Origin: a virus
Lineage: Duplodnaviria > Caudoviricetes
DNA length: 50,221 nt
IMG/VR virus record: IMGVR_UViG_3300038393_000928
Coordinates: 1 to 50,221 of that record
Strand: one strand, 5' to 3'
Shown here: positions 16,419 to 26,177 of the stretch, in pieces
How positions within the stretch are numbered: position 1 is the first letter of the stretch
Layout of the letters: each line of letters opens with the position of its first letter
Made by a program: the position numbers and the translations under genes
Notes under the pieces: model-generated
What the model was told of the DNA's origin: nothing
What the model saw: only the letters and a program-made list of their open reading frames with translations
Databases searched by the model: none

Positions 16419-18706
16419 GCCGCCGGCCAGGTCGCCGGACTGGTCGGGCCTTTCGTCAGGCGATCCGTCGAGTTGGATAGCTTGAACTGATCGTAGAGGG
16501 CCGTCCGGAACTGCGCTTGAGTCAGGCCAGCCGTGATGGAATAGGTCAACCGCCCCTCGCTGTCGCGCGTGAACGTCCCAGCGAGCTTGTCTTCTGGCCG
16601 GTTGGGGGCTGAGACCCCGCCACGGTGAGACACGAAGATGTTGCCCGACGCGTTCATGTTCGCGTCCGACCCGTTGCCGTAGATGCCGTTCGAATTGCGG
16701 TTGATGTAGGTGATGCTGGGCTGTTGGAGATTGGTCAGGCGCTCAATCATCAGCCCGACCACACTATTGGTCACGTTCACCTGGGTGGGGACGTAGCCTG
16801 AGTACGGCGTGGCGATGGTGATGTTCGCTTCAGGGTCGATGGAGTAGTTGAACCCGTTGGCCGCCGCCGTGGCGCTAGGCGGGACGCTCGTACGGCCGAA
16901 GTAGCAGCGCTCCAGGTCGTAGGTCCCGCCCCAGGTACGGCCGGAGTTGCCCGTTCCCGTCGCTCGGATGGAGCAGATGTCCACGAGCTCGATAGCGTAG
17001 GGCGTGTCGTCGTTGTAGTTGCCCTGCGTGTTGTTGCCATAGCGCACGCCAGACTGAACGCTAATGCTCGCGGTCCCGCCTAGCTCGCTGGCGGTGAAGC
17101 CGTTGATATTGACGATGAAGCGGTCGGCGCTGTTGCCGGTGCCGTAGGTGTTGGCCGGGATATTGGCCTTCATCGCGAGGTTGATGTTCTGGGCCGTGAT
17201 GGACTTGTTGGACCCGATGGTGATCTCATTGACGTTCGACGCAGCGGTCACGAACGTGAAGGTCTTGTCCCGGAAGATCAGGGTTTGGCCCACGGTCGGG
17301 TTGGTGTTCACGTTGAAATAGATCTGGTCCATGTAGGTCAGTCGAGGCGTGTTCACGCACTCGAATTCCTTGATGGCGCGATAGCCGCCCTTGTCGCCCG
17401 TCCCGCTGCTGGCGTTGTAGGGCGTGCCCGTCTGGTCCGCATCCGCGTGGGCGAAGGCGATTTCCTTGTCGTCGTAGGGGTCGCGAACCGTGTTCAGCCG
17501 GTCCCAGATATAGACGATCTCCTCCCAATTGGAGTTGCCGTCCCTGAGGTTGTACTGGTGAAGCGTCTGGCGGTTATCGAGCACCGAGTTCCGGAAGTCG
17601 TTGCCCCAACGGCGGATCATGTGGACGGCGCCCATGATTATGGCGCTGTCGTTGCCGTTGAACTCGCAGTTGATCACATCGACCTGTTCCACAGTACCGG
17701 TCGTGAAGATACCCTTACCGAAGTACTTCCAGCCGGTGGCGGCGAGGCTTGCGGGGTGATTGGGATTGTAAAGGCCGCCGATCTTGCAGTTCTCGATGCG
17801 AACAACCGGCATCTCTTCCCAGAAGCCGGAGTTGGTCTTGATGTTGATCGCCTTTGCGGCGGTGCGCGCGGTCTGCGTCGCAGCCGAAGCTGTCACGGCA
17901 ATGATCACGTTCCGGAGGTGACAGCCACGCGCGCCCTCGAAGGTCACGCCGGCCGTGGTGTCAAAGCTGATCTGGACCGGGTTGTTGACGTCGGAGCTTT
18001 CCACCAGGACGCCGCCGCCGTAGGTCGATAGATCCTTTGCGCCGCCGTACTTCGCTCCCGTGGGCAGGACGGCTTGAGTTCCGCGCATCCGAAGCCCGCT
18101 CGCCCACGCTGAGGCAGGTTGCGTGCTGTCCAGGCGGATGCGATGCCACTTCGTGCGATCCGTCCGAACCAAGGCGTTGAACTTGGTCTCGAAGTCACTC
18201 GAGCTGGTGGCGAGGATGTCGGTGAAGAACGCTTGGTCCTCGTAGCCCGGCCAGGCGTTGTCGTCGAAGTACGTCGCCCAGGTCTGACGGCGAAGCATGG
18301 TCGCCTCGCTCACACCGTCGTAGGCGTCCCCAAGGTCATCAGGGATGACCGCTGGCGTCTGGATCGGGCCGACGCCGGCCGAAGTCGTCGTGAGCGAGCC
18401 TGCCGCATTCGCCACGGTCTCGGCGACGGTGATCGTGCCTCCGGCATCCGCATGCACAGGCGTATAGAAGGCGCTCGTTGCCCCGACGATGGCGCTGTTG
18501 TTCAGCTTCCATTGGTAGGTGCGGGTCGTGACCGTGCCCGTGTACGTGCCCGGCTCGACGGAGAGCATGACGCCCTCTTTGTAGACGCCGGTCTCCGCAC
18601 TGACGATCACCGGGCCAGGGTTCGGGTTCGACGGGGCCTGAAGGGGCGGCGTAGGGGCGCCACCTTCCACGACGCCGAACAGGCGGATGAATTGGATGCG
18701 GTTCAT
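16415..18706 (-). CDS. Tailspike / receptor-binding protein (beta-helix-like, N-terminal Ig-like segment)
   Basis: TYQWK.N...I.GAT...YTP..AD.G..IT domain; N/T/G-rich beta repeats; last tail gene. Confidence 0.65.
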   Translation of the reverse strand: MNRIQFIRLFGVVEGGAPTPPLQAPSNPNPGPVIVSAETGVYKEGVMLSVEPGTYTGTVTTRTYQWKLNNSAIVGATSAFYTPVHADAGGTITVAETVANAAGSLTTTSAGVGPIQTPAVIPDDLGDAYDGVSEATMLRRQTWATYFDDNAWPGYEDQAFFTDILATSSSDFETKFNALVRTDRTKWHRIRLDSTQPASAWASGLRMRGTQAVLPTGAKYGGAKDLSTYGGGVLVESSDVNNPVQISFDTTAGVTFEGARGCHLRNVIIAVTASAATQTARTAAKAINIKTNSGFWEEMPVVRIENCKIGGLYNPNHPASLAATGWKYFGKGIFTTGTVEQVDVINCEFNGNDSAIIMGAVHMIRRWGNDFRNSVLDNRQTLHQYNLRDGNSNWEEIVYIWDRLNTVRDPYDDKEIAFAHADADQTGTPYNASSGTGDKGGYRAIKEFECVNTPRLTYMDQIYFNVNTNPTVGQTLIFRDKTFTFVTAASNVNEITIGSNKSITAQNINLAMKANIPANTYGTGNSADRFIVNINGFTASELGGTASISVQSGVRYGNNTQGNYNDDTPYAIELVDICSIRATGTGNSGRTWGGTYDLERCYFGRTSVPPSATAAANGFNYSIDPEANITIATPYSGYVPTQVNVTNSVVGLMIERLTNLQQPSITYINRNSNGIYGNGSDANMNASGNIFVSHRGGVSAPNRPEDKLAGTFTRDSEGRLTYSITAGLTQAQFRTALYDQFKLSNSTDRLTKGPTSPATWPAA

Positions 18707-19557
18707 CAGTTGAACCCGTAAAGCGCGCCGCGGATCGTGGTGTCACCGGTGCCGTTGTTGGCGCCCGCCGCCCACACCCGGTACTTGACCGCCTCCCCGC
18801 TCGCGACAGCCGTTCGGATCAACCGGCTCTCGCCCCGGGAGAAGTCCGCCGTGCTGGAGTTGGAGATGTTGACGGGCCAGCGGCCGATGATCGTGTTCGA
18901 CGCGCCATAGGCCAACTCGAAGACCGCTTGTTGCGCCGTCAGGTTCGCCGACCCCGCACCCGAGGGGACGAAGATGAACGCCCCGTAGGACGCCGCCGTG
19001 GTTGCGGCGGTCACAAAGGAGGGCGCGGTCGAGCTGGTCGAGGCGTTGACGCTGGCGTTGCCGCGGGTGTTCGACGTGTCCGGCGCGAGCAAGGTGGTTG
19101 CGGTGTCGTAGCCGGGAAAGTCGGTCGTTGACGTGGGCAGGCCTTCGACGAGGAACACCATGCCGACGCTGGCGCTCGTCGATTGACATTTGACGTAGAG
19201 CTGCGTTCCGGCGGCGATCTTCAGCGGGAAGAAGACGCGATAGTAGCTGCTGCTCGCCGTGATGAACATGAAGTTGGAGACCACGTTCGCGGTCGAGTTG
19301 TTCGAGCTGATATCGAAGATATAGCGTGTGCTGGTCCCGGCGTAGGCGTAGAGAAAGAAGCCGGAGCAGTCCGCAGCGAAGGTGCTGCCAATCGGCACCC
19401 AGGAGGCGTTCTTGTTGTTGGTGCTGCCGGTCGTCAGGCTCGCGCCGACCGAGACCGTGCCGGACCCGTCGATCACATAGCCTTGGGTCTCGAATCCCTG
19501 ACTCGGATTGACGTAGGACCCGCTGCCGCCGGTCGCCAGCTTCAGAAAGCGCCCCAT
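18706..19557 (-). CDS. Virion structural protein (tail-associated)
   Basis: S/T/G-rich beta protein in tail operon. Confidence 0.55.
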   Translation of the reverse strand: MGRFLKLATGGSGSYVNPSQGFETQGYVIDGSGTVSVGASLTTGSTNNKNASWVPIGSTFAADCSGFFLYAYAGTSTRYIFDISSNNSTANVVSNFMFITASSSYYRVFFPLKIAAGTQLYVKCQSTSASVGMVFLVEGLPTSTTDFPGYDTATTLLAPDTSNTRGNASVNASTSSTAPSFVTAATTAASYGAFIFVPSGAGSANLTAQQAVFELAYGASNTIIGRWPVNISNSSTADFSRGESRLIRTAVASGEAVKYRVWAAGANNGTGDTTIRGALYGFN

Positions 19558-19559
19558 GG

Positions 19560-20075
19560 TTAGGCGCTCTTCTTGTAGAAGAAGTCGATGTTGGCCTCAC
19601 CGGAGCCTGACCAGTAGAAGATGAGCGCGGTGTTGGCGGTCGTGACACCCCACGGGCGCCCGTTGAACTCGCGGCCAACGCCGTCAGCGGCGGCGAAGAT
19701 GTGCTTGACGAGCGCCGTCCCGCTGGCGCCGTCGCGGATCTCCACCGTCCCGGCGCCCGGCACGGTCACGATGTACTCGTGCAGGCGCGTCGTCTGGCTG
19801 GAGGTGGCCGAGACCATCGTGGTTTCACCCGCGCCCGTTCGGCTGACGTTCGCGTGGGTGACGTCGAGGGTCGCGTCCAGCGCTTCGTGCGGGATTTCCG
19901 TTGCCGGCTGGCTAACGGCGGTAATGAGGTTCTGAAGGCTGGCCTCCGTCGCCAGGTCTCCGGTGTCGATGGTCGCGGAGACGGGTAGCGGATTGGCGGC
20001 GGTCACCTCCACCGGTCCCTGAACAGTCGTGCCGTCCAAGTCCGTGCGCGGACCCTTGAAGCGCAATGCTTCCAT
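19560..20075 (-). CDS. Virion structural protein
   Basis: ANPLPVS motif; operon context. Confidence 0.55.
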   Translation of the reverse strand: MEALRFKGPRTDLDGTTVQGPVEVTAANPLPVSATIDTGDLATEASLQNLITAVSQPATEIPHEALDATLDVTHANVSRTGAGETTMVSATSSQTTRLHEYIVTVPGAGTVEIRDGASGTALVKHIFAAADGVGREFNGRPWGVTTANTALIFYWSGSGEANIDFFYKKSA

Positions 20076-20140
20076 GTCGGTGTTCTCCAGAATTTCGGTG
20101 GGGTGTTGGCGCGCCTGGCTTGGCGCTGTATGGTCACGCC

Positions 20141-20374
20141 ATGCGGAAGGTGATCGACGCCGAGTTTGAGGTGGTCAGCGGGCCGACGCCCGTCAGGTGG
20201 CAGGCGAGGCCGTCAAAGCCGCGAATGCCGATCTACAAGAAGGTCTACGTGGCCCTGATCTTGATCGTGGCGGGCTACACGCTGCTGCTGGGTTTGGCCG
20301 GAGCCGATCTGGATACGACCGACGCGGTGAAGGCCGATCAGTCCCGCCAGCCGGTTGCAGCCGCCCTGCCCTAG
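20141..20374 (+). CDS. Membrane moron protein
   Basis: MRKVIDAEFEVV..., one TM; TTGGCG-N17-TATGGT-N6-ATG. Confidence 0.7.
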   Translation: MRKVIDAEFEVVSGPTPVRWQARPSKPRMPIYKKVYVALILIVAGYTLLLGLAGADLDTTDAVKADQSRQPVAAALP

Positions 20375-23178
20375 TTCTTCGCGGCCTCTAGAAGCGATGC
20401 CGAGCTAACGCCCGCCGCCGCGCCGGGGAGCTGGCGCATCGGGATTTCGCGAGCCGCCCGGTAATGTTCCAGCAGGTTGAGCAGGCGGGACATCTCGTTC
20501 TGATCGGTCAGCGCCTTCGCCAGGGCCGCGTTGGCCACTTCATCCCCGATGACGCTGCGGTCTTTGCGCGGGATGGCCTTGAGGGCTTCCTTCAGCGCCT
20601 TGCCGGTCAGCGCCTTGCCGGGGCTCAGGATCAGGTCAACGCCTTCTGCCGCCACGTCCAGGGGGTCGCGGGCTTGGTCTTTGAGGTCGGCATGGGCCGC
20701 CTGACGCGCATAGGTCGGGGAGCCGCCCACAACGCGGTTGTTGCGTGCGGCGCGGTCCACTTCCCGCTCCATGGCCGACATGAAACCCTTGAAGCTCATG
20801 TCATCCGGCACGGCCAGGCGGATGCGGTCGGCGAACTCCTCATTCTTCAGTAGTTGGCGCGCCTCGGCGACACCGCCCTTGCTGCGGACGGCCGCAAGGA
20901 CCGCTTCGCCAACACCCACGCGATAGTTCTCCTTCGCAGCGTCCGTCCAGCCCTTGTAGGTGTTCCGCAAGGCGTCAGCCGACATCTCCAGGTTCGGCGA
21001 GAACACCTTTCGGCCCATTTCCAGGGCATCGATCCCAGACGAGTCCTCGGCGTACTTCTTCAGCCAGTCGCCATATTCCGAGAAACCGCCGCGCTCAGGG
21101 GTGGAAGCGTTCTCACGAACCGACTTCCCCAGCGCCTTGAGCGCCGTCCCTCGCGAACCATTGCCACCCCTGTAGGCATCATCCGCGGCGTCCAGCAGCA
21201 CACGCGAGATGTTCTGCGCGTCGCGAACCGTGATGGTCTGTGCGCCCGGCTTGTCGAGAAGGTCGTCGTACAGGCGGTTGAGGCTCGCGCCCGTCGCCCG
21301 GATCTCTGCGTCAGGCGAGGCCAGCGCATTCAGCGCCTGTTCGCGCACCGCAGAGCGGGCGAGGTCCGAGCGAAGCGCCAGAACCGAATCCTGGTCGAGC
21401 GTCACCTCGTGCCGGCCCAGCGTCGACATGGTTTTGTCGGCTTCTGTTTTCCGGGCCAGCTTGGCGGCGCTCAGCTTGTCGAAATAGTCGCCCGTTCCGC
21501 CAAGGGTGGTCGCAATCTCGCTCTTGATACGGCCGCTGGCGCCCGCCGCCTGATCGCTCACCGCGCCACGCACGATGCGCTGGCCGGGGCCGGGAGATTG
21601 AGCCACCACCTCAGCGAGGCCGGTCAGGTTGTCTCCGCGCTGGAACGGCAGGGCGTCGCTGGGATCGACTTCGATCAGGCCGGGCGACAGGGCGTCACGC
21701 TCCATGGCGCGGCGTACGGCTTCAGCGGCTTTGACTTCGGCCTTGCTCCCGCTCGTGCTGGCCATGGGAAGGCCCGTGAGCGGGCTCGGGACGCTTTCGC
21801 CAGCGATGGCGCGCATCGGGACGCCCGACAGGTCCAGCGCCGCGCCCGCGAGCTTCGGAGCGGCGTAACGCATGACCTCGCCGCCGAGCACGCCAAGTCC
21901 GGCGCCCACGGCGCGATCCTTCAGGTCGCCATCCGTCGCCAGGAAGCCGGAACCGGCCCCGATCCCCGCCGTGGCGAGGCGTCCGGCCGGCAACACTGCG
22001 CCCGATGCTAGCCCACCGCTCACAGCCGAGGCATCATAGGCGATGGGGAAGTCTCTGCGGGCCTTGGCGCTCGCGCGATCCTCTCGTTCCAGCGCATCGC
22101 CGAAACGCTCCTTGACCATCGGCACACCGCCTTCGAAAAGCGCCGGGATGCTCTCGATGCCCGCGCGCATCTCGTTGCGCCCGCCGAGCATGACGCCGCT
22201 TTCCACCGCCCGAAGCATGGCCTCGGAACGGGGATCGAGCACATCGGCCCCGGACTGCGCCATGAGGCGAAAGCTTGGGTCGGAGAGCAGGCGCGCGACG
22301 TTGATTCCGGTGTCCAGCATCGGGACTTCGGGAACCTGGCGCTTTTCGCCTTCGGGCGTCACATACCAATCGCCAGGCTTCGGCAGGTCTTGCGGGTCGC
22401 GCTGGAGCAGCGGGAACTCTTCCGTACCGGCGCGGTAGCCGCCCGAACGCACCTTTGCCGGGTCCAGCTTTCCGGCCTTGATCTGACCGACGTAGAAAGC
22501 CTCTTGAGCAGGCGTGGCCGCCTTGCCCTCCTGCGCATCAACGACGGTGGACTTGCGGCCGCTGGCAGCGGTTGCTGGGGCGGAGATGAACTCCACGTCC
22601 CCGATGGGGTCGACGGCATCAGCGTCAGCGTCAGCGCCGGCCGTGGGCATGGGGGCGTCGGCGTTGGCGATGGCCTCCAACTCGTCGTCGGACATGTCCT
22701 CAAGCGAGGGCATTGCGACTTCCGACGCCGGCTGACCGCCATAGGACAGCTTGAAGAACCGATGGTCGCCCAGGTCCACACCCGAGCCATCATCCCACTT
22801 CGGGGGCTTACGGCCTTTGGCTGCCTGCCCCTTCGGGCTGTAGAAGTGCGTCGCGCCGCCGGTCGGGTCGTCGTCGCCCTCGATGTCCGCCAGGATCGCC
22901 TGATAGGCGTCAGACGCCGGGTCCAGGCCTTCCAAGTCGCGGCGGGTCTTCGGGTCGCCCCAAGGCTCGAACTGGCCGGGTTCCTGCACGACGGCGCGGA
23001 TCGGTTGGCCGGACAGGTTGGCTCGGTTGCGGATCACCGCAGCGACGGCCTTGCGACCCATCGGGTCCTGATTGCGCGCCTCGCCCCAGACGGTGCGCAC
23101 CAGGGCGTCCGTGTCGGGGTCGATCTCGCCCGCGATGGCGGCGAGCTGCGAATCGGTCAGGCTGTTGAGATCGGTCAC
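20371..23178 (-). CDS. Large DNA ejection protein with N-terminal SleB/Hydrolase_2 cell-wall hydrolase domain
   Basis: RTVWGEARNQ...AVA.VI.NR...QFEPW...DPTGGATHFY...G.H.FF. Confidence 0.85.
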   Translation of the reverse strand: MTDLNSLTDSQLAAIAGEIDPDTDALVRTVWGEARNQDPMGRKAVAAVIRNRANLSGQPIRAVVQEPGQFEPWGDPKTRRDLEGLDPASDAYQAILADIEGDDDPTGGATHFYSPKGQAAKGRKPPKWDDGSGVDLGDHRFFKLSYGGQPASEVAMPSLEDMSDDELEAIANADAPMPTAGADADADAVDPIGDVEFISAPATAASGRKSTVVDAQEGKAATPAQEAFYVGQIKAGKLDPAKVRSGGYRAGTEEFPLLQRDPQDLPKPGDWYVTPEGEKRQVPEVPMLDTGINVARLLSDPSFRLMAQSGADVLDPRSEAMLRAVESGVMLGGRNEMRAGIESIPALFEGGVPMVKERFGDALEREDRASAKARRDFPIAYDASAVSGGLASGAVLPAGRLATAGIGAGSGFLATDGDLKDRAVGAGLGVLGGEVMRYAAPKLAGAALDLSGVPMRAIAGESVPSPLTGLPMASTSGSKAEVKAAEAVRRAMERDALSPGLIEVDPSDALPFQRGDNLTGLAEVVAQSPGPGQRIVRGAVSDQAAGASGRIKSEIATTLGGTGDYFDKLSAAKLARKTEADKTMSTLGRHEVTLDQDSVLALRSDLARSAVREQALNALASPDAEIRATGASLNRLYDDLLDKPGAQTITVRDAQNISRVLLDAADDAYRGGNGSRGTALKALGKSVRENASTPERGGFSEYGDWLKKYAEDSSGIDALEMGRKVFSPNLEMSADALRNTYKGWTDAAKENYRVGVGEAVLAAVRSKGGVAEARQLLKNEEFADRIRLAVPDDMSFKGFMSAMEREVDRAARNNRVVGGSPTYARQAAHADLKDQARDPLDVAAEGVDLILSPGKALTGKALKEALKAIPRKDRSVIGDEVANAALAKALTDQNEMSRLLNLLEHYRAAREIPMRQLPGAAAGVSSASLLEAAKN

Positions 23179-24635
23179 GCACCACCTCGTGCCGCACGGC
23201 GTTGGCGGAGGATTTCAGCCGCCCGCGCACGGTCTTCGGGGGTGTAGCGAGACGCCCCGCCGGCGCCTGGCGCAGCGCGAGCCGCCTTCGCCTCTGCGCG
23301 GGCGAGCCCGGCCCTGACGACGCTCTCATAGTCGTTCATGGCGTCGAGGAAGCCTTGCTTGGACTGCCGCTGGTTCTTCATCCGGGCAATGGCGTCCGTG
23401 GCCTTCTTGCCCTCGATTTCCGTGATCTGGCCCGAGCCCTTGAGCGATTGGATCGCCTCAAGGAACGCTCCGCCGGAGACCTGATCGACCAGCGTGTCGA
23501 AATCGACGTCAACCGCTCGCAGGGCCGGCAGGAGCGTGCTGTTGCCGGTGCGGTCTTCAAGGCTGGGATGTCGGCGGATCTTGTCCATGATGCCGAGCGT
23601 GAACTTGGCTTGGTCGCGCAATTTGGGGAGATCAATCCGACCCTGCGTCGCGTCCTTGACCACCATGCCCTCGGCATCGACGGTGTTCTTGGCGCGCCCC
23701 TCGGCCAAGGCCTTCTCGGCGGCCGACTGTCCTCGACTGATGTCAGGATAGCCCCCACGCGCTCGCCCGCCAGGTAGCGGGGGCGCGGGGATCGTGCCGC
23801 CGCCGACAGCGGGGATGCCGCCGTTCAGGGCGCCAGCGGCCTGCGCACGAGTCATGCGGTGCGGAATGCCAGCTGCATCTTCGTAGACCCCAACGTCGAG
23901 GCCAGCCTTCACGCCCTCGGTCGCCTCGGCCTTCGCCCGCTCCAAATCAGCCACGGACTGCACGTAACCCTTGGCGTTCATCACGCCGACTACGTTCCCG
24001 TTGGCGTCAAAGACCCGCTGTTGGCCCTTGTCGACGTCGATGATCTCTCGCGGCGCACTGGACGGGTCGCGAGCGTCGTAGCGAATGCCGCGCTCGTACT
24101 TGACGTCCGGCCCAGCCTTATCGAGCATCTCGATATCGGGTTTGATATCAATACCTAGGGCGCGACGCTTCATGAGCAGCGGCAGGGCGTCACGCAGCGT
24201 CGGCGGACCCTGGCGACGTTGACCAGGCTCCACGTCAAACTGAGGGACGTTCACATTCACGCGGTCACGCTTGATCGGCACGCCTTCCAAGCCGCCGAGG
24301 CTGCTGGCCAAGGCCGCCGCGGCGCTGGAGGTAGCATCAACCGGCGGCGAGGAAGGCTCACGGATTGCTTGGCGTTCCGTTCTATTGAGCGTGGGGATGC
24401 CTTCGCCCAAGACGAAGCGCTCAAGCTCACGATCCGAACCCATCTGCTGCGCCTGACGCGCCCGTGCCGCCGCCAGCATGGGGATCTGCTGCGCGCCCGC
24501 CATATCGCCACGCATGGTGGCGCCGAGCATCATCAGCTTTTCCTGCATGGACAGGTCTTTGAAGCCCGGCATGTCGCCGGGGCGCACGGACGTGGCCTGC
24601 GGCTTGATGAAGTTGCCGAACCCGAAACCCGCCAT
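23175..24635 (-). CDS. DNA ejection / internal virion protein
   Basis: Position; FLEAIQSLKGSGQITEIEG.KA segment. Confidence 0.7.
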   Translation of the reverse strand: MAGFGFGNFIKPQATSVRPGDMPGFKDLSMQEKLMMLGATMRGDMAGAQQIPMLAAARARQAQQMGSDRELERFVLGEGIPTLNRTERQAIREPSSPPVDATSSAAAALASSLGGLEGVPIKRDRVNVNVPQFDVEPGQRRQGPPTLRDALPLLMKRRALGIDIKPDIEMLDKAGPDVKYERGIRYDARDPSSAPREIIDVDKGQQRVFDANGNVVGVMNAKGYVQSVADLERAKAEATEGVKAGLDVGVYEDAAGIPHRMTRAQAAGALNGGIPAVGGGTIPAPPLPGGRARGGYPDISRGQSAAEKALAEGRAKNTVDAEGMVVKDATQGRIDLPKLRDQAKFTLGIMDKIRRHPSLEDRTGNSTLLPALRAVDVDFDTLVDQVSGGAFLEAIQSLKGSGQITEIEGKKATDAIARMKNQRQSKQGFLDAMNDYESVVRAGLARAEAKAARAAPGAGGASRYTPEDRARAAEILRQRRAARGGA

Positions 24636-25037
24636 CTATCGACCTCCGAACCCGAAACCGCGCTTACCGCCCAGCAGCGCCGGAATGATCCCGAGCGGCA
24701 TCTGAGAGAGGAGGCCAAGGCCCACTCCTCCCATCATGCCGCCCGTCTGCCCGCCGCCATGGCCCCCGGTCTCATCTCCCTCATCCTGAGGGGCGTCGCC
24801 GTGGCGGGGGACGCCATGGCGCGCGAAGTCGCCGCCAAAGGCTGCGCTGATGTCCTGGCCGCCTTGGCTCACAACGGGGGCGCCGCCGCCCTGGCCGCCT
24901 TGCAGCTGGGCAAGGATCGACGACAGACCCTGCTGGTCACCGCTGAACGCCGAGCCGAGCGCCTGAAGCTTCTGCTGATTGCTCATCATGGACATCGGGG
25001 AGCCGCCGGCCCCGGACGGCATCTTGAAGCTGAACAT
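24636..25037 (-). CDS. Gly/Met-rich small ejection-like protein
   Basis: Composition and position. Confidence 0.55.
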   Translation of the reverse strand: MFSFKMPSGAGGSPMSMMSNQQKLQALGSAFSGDQQGLSSILAQLQGGQGGGAPVVSQGGQDISAAFGGDFARHGVPRHGDAPQDEGDETGGHGGGQTGGMMGGVGLGLLSQMPLGIIPALLGGKRGFGFGGR

Positions 25038-25047
25038 TGCCGGTTCC

Positions 25048-26166
25048 TTAGATCTGAGCGTAATCGACGGCGTAGAAGCCGTTGGGCATGGTGACGACGG
25101 CGGCCGGCTTCACCTTCAGCACCTCTTGGGCCATTACGCCGATGAAGCGCGCCGGACCCCAGATGTAGCGGTAGAGGTAGACGCCGAGGCCATCGGGCCG
25201 CTCGTAGAGTTTCGTGATGTCCGTCTTCAGCCGGCGATCCGACATGAACAGCGCCGCGATCTGCGCGGCCTGCCCCGCCTTATCCATGAAGCTGCTGCCG
25301 CCCTTGGTCTTCTTGGTGGAGTTCTCGGTCGAGGTGCCCGAGCCCTCCTCCCCGCCGAACAGGTCGAGAGGGATGCCCGAGAACAACTCTTCACGACGAC
25401 CCAGCCAGTCGGGAACCGCATTAGCCTGCTGGGCGGTGATGTCGCGATTGATGCCGCCGACTGCGGTTTGCGCTCCGATGTTCGCTCGCTGCTCACCGCC
25501 AAAGGCTCCGGCGATGTCCGCCAATTGGCCAGCGGCGTTCAGCGTGCGGTCCTGACCCTGCGCCATCAGCTGGGCGTTGAGGTCGTTGGCGCTCTGACGG
25601 CGGTTTGCGTCCGCCTGAGCAGCTTGCAGCGCCGTCTGGAAGCCACGATCCCGGATGTCAGCCGAGGTCCGTCCACGGCCGCGCGCGAGCTCGCCCTCAG
25701 TCATGCTCTGGGTGATGGCCGCGCCCGATCCTCCGAATGCCCCCGCGCCAGCCAGGTCAAGGGCCTGCTGTGCTCGAGTGTTTCCGGCCCCGAAGTCGAA
25801 GTCCGCCAAGGCGGCGTCAAGCACCTGCTGCTGGTACGGGTTTTCATAGTCGGCCATGAAATTCTTGGCGCGGACACCCTCAGTGCGCGGTGCGTTGGCC
25901 CCAGCGACGCCCTTGGTGAGATCCAAGGCGGCGTCGTAGTTCCACGGCGTTCCCGTGAGGTTGCCCGCATTGGCCGACGCCTTGGTCTGCAACGGGTCAG
26001 CGCCCGGAACGAGGCTGTTCGGGTCGATCTTCGAAAGGTCTGAGACCTCGCCGCCGAAGCCCTCCGCCAGATTGGTCACCCAATCCGGGTTGGTCCGCTT
26101 CTTGGTGGTGTTGAACGTCGTCGTGCCCGTCGAGGTCTGCTTCGCGGTGCTATCGAACAGTCCCAT
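25048..26166 (-). CDS. Ejection/pilot-like protein with C-terminal intramolecular chaperone (S74-like) domain
   Basis: AGAFGGS motif; SDRRLKTDI...GVMAQEV...AVDY. Confidence 0.75.
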   Translation of the reverse strand: MGLFDSTAKQTSTGTTTFNTTKKRTNPDWVTNLAEGFGGEVSDLSKIDPNSLVPGADPLQTKASANAGNLTGTPWNYDAALDLTKGVAGANAPRTEGVRAKNFMADYENPYQQQVLDAALADFDFGAGNTRAQQALDLAGAGAFGGSGAAITQSMTEGELARGRGRTSADIRDRGFQTALQAAQADANRRQSANDLNAQLMAQGQDRTLNAAGQLADIAGAFGGEQRANIGAQTAVGGINRDITAQQANAVPDWLGRREELFSGIPLDLFGGEEGSGTSTENSTKKTKGGSSFMDKAGQAAQIAALFMSDRRLKTDITKLYERPDGLGVYLYRYIWGPARFIGVMAQEVLKVKPAAVVTMPNGFYAVDYAQI

Positions 26167-26177
26167 GGGGCGTCCTT

